Shown here piece after piece: positions 33,426 through 35,945 of a DNA stretch of 35,945 bases. Origin of the DNA: an uncultured Chitinophagales bacterium (GTDB lineage: Bacteria > Bacteroidota > Rhodothermia > Balneolales > CAYWCV01); contig CAYZWQ010000005.1 in assembly GCA_964481355.1 (NCBI GenBank), forward strand, positions 1 to 35,945, written 5' to 3'. Within the stretch, counting starts at the first letter, position 1. Each line of letters begins with the position of its first letter. Position numbers and translations under genes: made by a program. Under the pieces are notes generated by a model. The model was not told where the DNA came from. It was given only the letters and a program-made list of their open reading frames with translations, and did not search any database.

Positions 33426-34589
33426 TTACGACCTCAGGTAGGCCACGTACTCGCGGTTGCGGTGCATTAAAAGTTGGAGGGCATAGTACACCAGCATCAA
33501 CAAGAGGCTGGACATAAATGCACCGATCACAATGAGTGACCTCTTCGGCCGATCTTTGCGCTCGGCAACAAATGGCTCATCGACCACCACAAGACCGGGA
33601 ATCGATTTGGCCTCTTCCATCCGCGCATTCTCATAAATCGGGATGATGAACTTGAGCATTTCCTGCTGGATTTCAGCCTCAGCCAGCAGACGTACATACT
33701 GGGTCGAAATCTCGGGAAGCTGCGAGAAATTTAAGATCACGTCATCCGGATTGGTGTTGTTGTACATCGAAGCCAACGTCGATTTCAAGGCGTTAACTTG
33801 TTGCAGCTGCCTTTGGTATATCGGATTGCTTTCGCGGGCATTCTCCGACACTAGCTTCAGCTTCAGCTCTGCCTCATACAGCTGAGCCGTAACAGCGGTT
33901 ATCGCGCCAAGGTATTCAGACGCCTGCGAATCGAACTCAATAACCCCATACTCGCGCTGAAACTCGACGGTCCGACGCTGAAGGCTGTCGACCGAAGCCA
34001 TGACCTCGTTGTACTTGTCGCCGATGAACTCCTTGAACCTAGTAGCCTCCGTGGAGGACAGCTCAATGTTGTACTCGTTGATGAGTTGCACGTAGAAATC
34101 CGTCATTTCCTTTGCGCGGACAGGGTCCTCGTCCCATACTTCGATCAACATGTTCCCTTCTTCGAAGGTCTCGAAGTTCGTGTTGGCGTCGAGGCGCTTC
34201 ATGGCGTCGATGAGTGGGAATTGATTGCCACCCGTGTCGTATACATCGATAAGATTGAACTGGTCGACGACCTTTTTCTTGACGGTGTGTGTTTCGAGCA
34301 ACACCAAAAACCGGTCGAATTCGCTTGATCGGGTGCGCAGCAGGTTGCTGGCCAGCCCTCCGAGCCCACTGCTTCGCGTGAGCAGATCAAGCCCGATGGC
34401 AGGGGTGTTTGCCGGCATCAGGTTGGCCGACGACCTGAACTCGTTTGGCAGCATCAGGCTGACCACCACTGCAATCACAGTGACCAGAATGGTGACAACG
34501 GCGATGCGTCGAACATTGCGGAAAAGGTGACGGATCAGGTCGCCACCAGTGAGTCCCGTCGGTTTCGGCGAATTTTCGGATTGTAACAT
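33426..34589 (-). CDS. Polysaccharide chain-length determinant (Wzz/GumC-like) protein without a tyrosine-kinase domain
   Basis: The N-terminal TM is followed by a Wzz-like motif (IAVVTILVTVIAVVVSLMLPNEFRSSANLMP). A long coiled-coil periplasmic region and a C-terminal TM (LIVIGAFMSSLLLMLVYYAL) follow. No Walker A motif was seen. Confidence 0.75.
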   Translation of the reverse strand: MLQSENSPKPTGLTGGDLIRHLFRNVRRIAVVTILVTVIAVVVSLMLPNEFRSSANLMPANTPAIGLDLLTRSSGLGGLASNLLRTRSSEFDRFLVLLETHTVKKKVVDQFNLIDVYDTGGNQFPLIDAMKRLDANTNFETFEEGNMLIEVWDEDPVRAKEMTDFYVQLINEYNIELSSTEATRFKEFIGDKYNEVMASVDSLQRRTVEFQREYGVIEFDSQASEYLGAITAVTAQLYEAELKLKLVSENARESNPIYQRQLQQVNALKSTLASMYNNTNPDDVILNFSQLPEISTQYVRLLAEAEIQQEMLKFIIPIYENARMEEAKSIPGLVVVDEPFVAERKDRPKRSLIVIGAFMSSLLLMLVYYALQLLMHRNREYVAYLRS

Positions 34590-34592
34590 GGA

Positions 34593-35945
34593 TCAGTTCC
34601 TGTAGTAGATCAGGATTGCAACCGTTGTCGAAACGGCAGAAAAAAGCACCGTCAAGGCACTGGTGATCAAACCCTGGCGTTGAACGCGATACATTCTCTG
34701 TTGGTTCAGATCGTCGAGCGGATGGCGGTCCACGTAGACCCAATCTCCAGATTCAATCATGGAGTCCCTTGCATCCATCCATGTTCGTGTGCCGGCTTTG
34801 ATCACATAGACTTTCTTTGGGTTAGCCGATATCGAGTATCCGCCCATGGCATTGATGTATTCATCGAGCGTTCTGCCAGTAGCATGCTCAATGAAACCCG
34901 GATTATTAACCTGTCCGTAAACAAACACCGTACGCTCGTCCCTTGGGATGAACAGACTGTCTCCGTCGTACATGCGCACCGAGCGAAGCGACTGCTCGTT
35001 CGACACATCGAGATAGACACGGTTCCTTCGTGCCTTCTCCTCCAGCTCGAACCAGTTTAAACCCTGCAGATATTGGTCGGAACTTCTCAAAAGCTGTGCA
35101 ATCTCCGTTTGTTTCGGCAACGATGTGTCGTCGCTCACGGCAGACATGCGCGTGATGTAGGCCCCCTTGGCCAGTGCGTCACTCTCGAGACCACCCGCCA
35201 TCGCCAGAACATCGTACGCAGTTGTGACACCGTCTGTAATGGGATAAATCCCGCTGGACTTGGCCCTTCCCAGTATGGTGGCACGAGCGTTTTGATACGC
35301 CTTCGATTGCTCGTTCACTACGACCCTGTCGTTTGGCAGTAACACGGTTTGCATGGCGCCTGCCCGACTCATATTGATTGTGACCAGTGTTGTGCCGTCC
35401 GCATTGGTGCGGTAGATGCTGACGACACTTGTGTCGGCATTGGTGGTAAAGCCACCGCTTATACGCAGCAGGCGTTCGAGGGTGTCGTCTCCACGGTGTT
35501 GCACATCAACGGATGTGTAAACGGCACCCGATAGCGAGACACGGGCATCGGAACCGTTTGATCGCACAAGCTGCACTTGGTCCCCATCTTCCAAGATAGG
35601 GTTGGCATCCAAGTTGCCCCCGAAGTAATAGTCGTGCAAATCTGCCAAGATGGTGCTGCCGTCGCGGCGTTCAATCCGTATGGACCTTAGTCGAAACTCC
35701 TCAGATTCCAAAAGGGATCTGACGGAATTAGTTGCAGACCCCACCTGGGATGGGTCCGGAAAGCTGTTGCTCGTTGAAAGACCGGGAACTTCGACCGAAG
35801 ATGCAGACAACGACCGGCTCAAGGCACCCAAATCGCCAGATGAGGCCTCTTCGGTTGGCATCTCGATCAACGCTCCAAGCAGGGGCACATCAAGTCGGGT
35901 TCCATATGGAAGCGACACCCGACCGGGGTAAGGCACATCGCCCGT
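34593..35945 (-). CDS. Polysaccharide export protein with multiple SLBB domains (Wza/GumB-like); 5' end outside the window
   Basis: SLBB-type repeats are present (GDSLFIPRDERTVFVYGQVNNPGFIEHATGRTLDEYINAMGG; GDQVQLVRSN...VSLSGAVY). There is a C-terminal TM. The reading frame stays open to the window edge (…TGDVPYPGRVSLPYG), so the tracked start at 35936 is probably artefactual. Confidence 0.75.
   Translation of the reverse strand, partial: TGDVPYPGRVSLPYGTRLDVPLLGALIEMPTEEASSGDLGALSRSLSASSVEVPGLSTSNSFPDPSQVGSATNSVRSLLESEEFRLRSIRIERRDGSTILADLHDYYFGGNLDANPILEDGDQVQLVRSNGSDARVSLSGAVYTSVDVQHRGDDTLERLLRISGGFTTNADTSVVSIYRTNADGTTLVTINMSRAGAMQTVLLPNDRVVVNEQSKAYQNARATILGRAKSSGIYPITDGVTTAYDVLAMAGGLESDALAKGAYITRMSAVSDDTSLPKQTEIAQLLRSSDQYLQGLNWFELEEKARRNRVYLDVSNEQSLRSVRMYDGDSLFIPRDERTVFVYGQVNNPGFIEHATGRTLDEYINAMGGYSISANPKKVYVIKAGTRTWMDARDSMIESGDWVYVDRHPLDDLNQQRMYRVQRQGLITSALTVLFSAVSTTVAILIYYRN

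Noticed and set aside
35934-35936. GTG at 35936 as the true start of the export protein
   Set aside because: The frame remains open to the last base of the window, and the upstream residues (TGDVPYPG) continue an SLBB-like pattern. The gene is most likely 5'-truncated by the window.
1-35945. CRISPR arrays, tRNA/rRNA genes, transposases, integrases, toxin-antitoxin or defence-system genes
   Set aside because: - All intergenic gaps are short (under 335 bp) and none shows cloverleaf-compatible or spacer-repeat structure.
- No ORF carries a DDE transposase, tyrosine or serine recombinase, or nuclease/helicase defence motif that I can recognise.

Overview
This 35.9-kb window is about 53% GC and densely coding. 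It probably comes from an FCB-group bacterium (Ignavibacteriota, Kapabacteria or Balneolota-like). The lineage guess rests on three NPFNPTTTI-type or VVPNPY-type T9SS C-terminal sorting domains, a PorV/PorQ-like barrel, and TonB receptors with a CarboxypepD_reg N-domain.

Layout:
- (i) 1-7.5 kb is housekeeping and regulation: acyl-CoA dehydrogenase flanked by two nested palindromic elements, an ECF sigma / anti-sigma / Spy-like operon divergent from a three-PAS protein, a TPR lipoprotein, a GmhB-like HAD phosphatase, and pyrR-pyrB.
- (ii) 7.6-14.1 kb holds cytoplasmic sugar-processing genes: DUF4434, a RENBP-type N-acylglucosamine 2-epimerase, and an MngB-like GH38 translationally coupled to a large parvulin lipoprotein.
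- (iii) 14.4-30.2 kb is one tightly packed plus-strand operon with a clean terminator. It encodes a TonB-dependent receptor, a 1074-aa Ca-binding protein with a T9SS-CTD-like tail, a PorV/PorQ-like barrel, an AraR-architecture regulator, two GHL10 paralogs, an SSF symporter, and an internally duplicated T9SS cargo protein. A separately transcribed FAD-oxidoreductase lipoprotein follows.
- (iv) 32.0-35.9 kb is a minus-strand Wzy/Wzz/Wza-like exopolysaccharide fragment that runs off the window.

The best candidate for an undescribed system is the SusD-less receptor / giant CTD protein / PorV-like triad and the uncharacterised glycan locus it heads.

No rRNA, tRNA, CRISPR array, transposase or integrase was seen. 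All homology statements come from motif recognition by eye, not from database searches.
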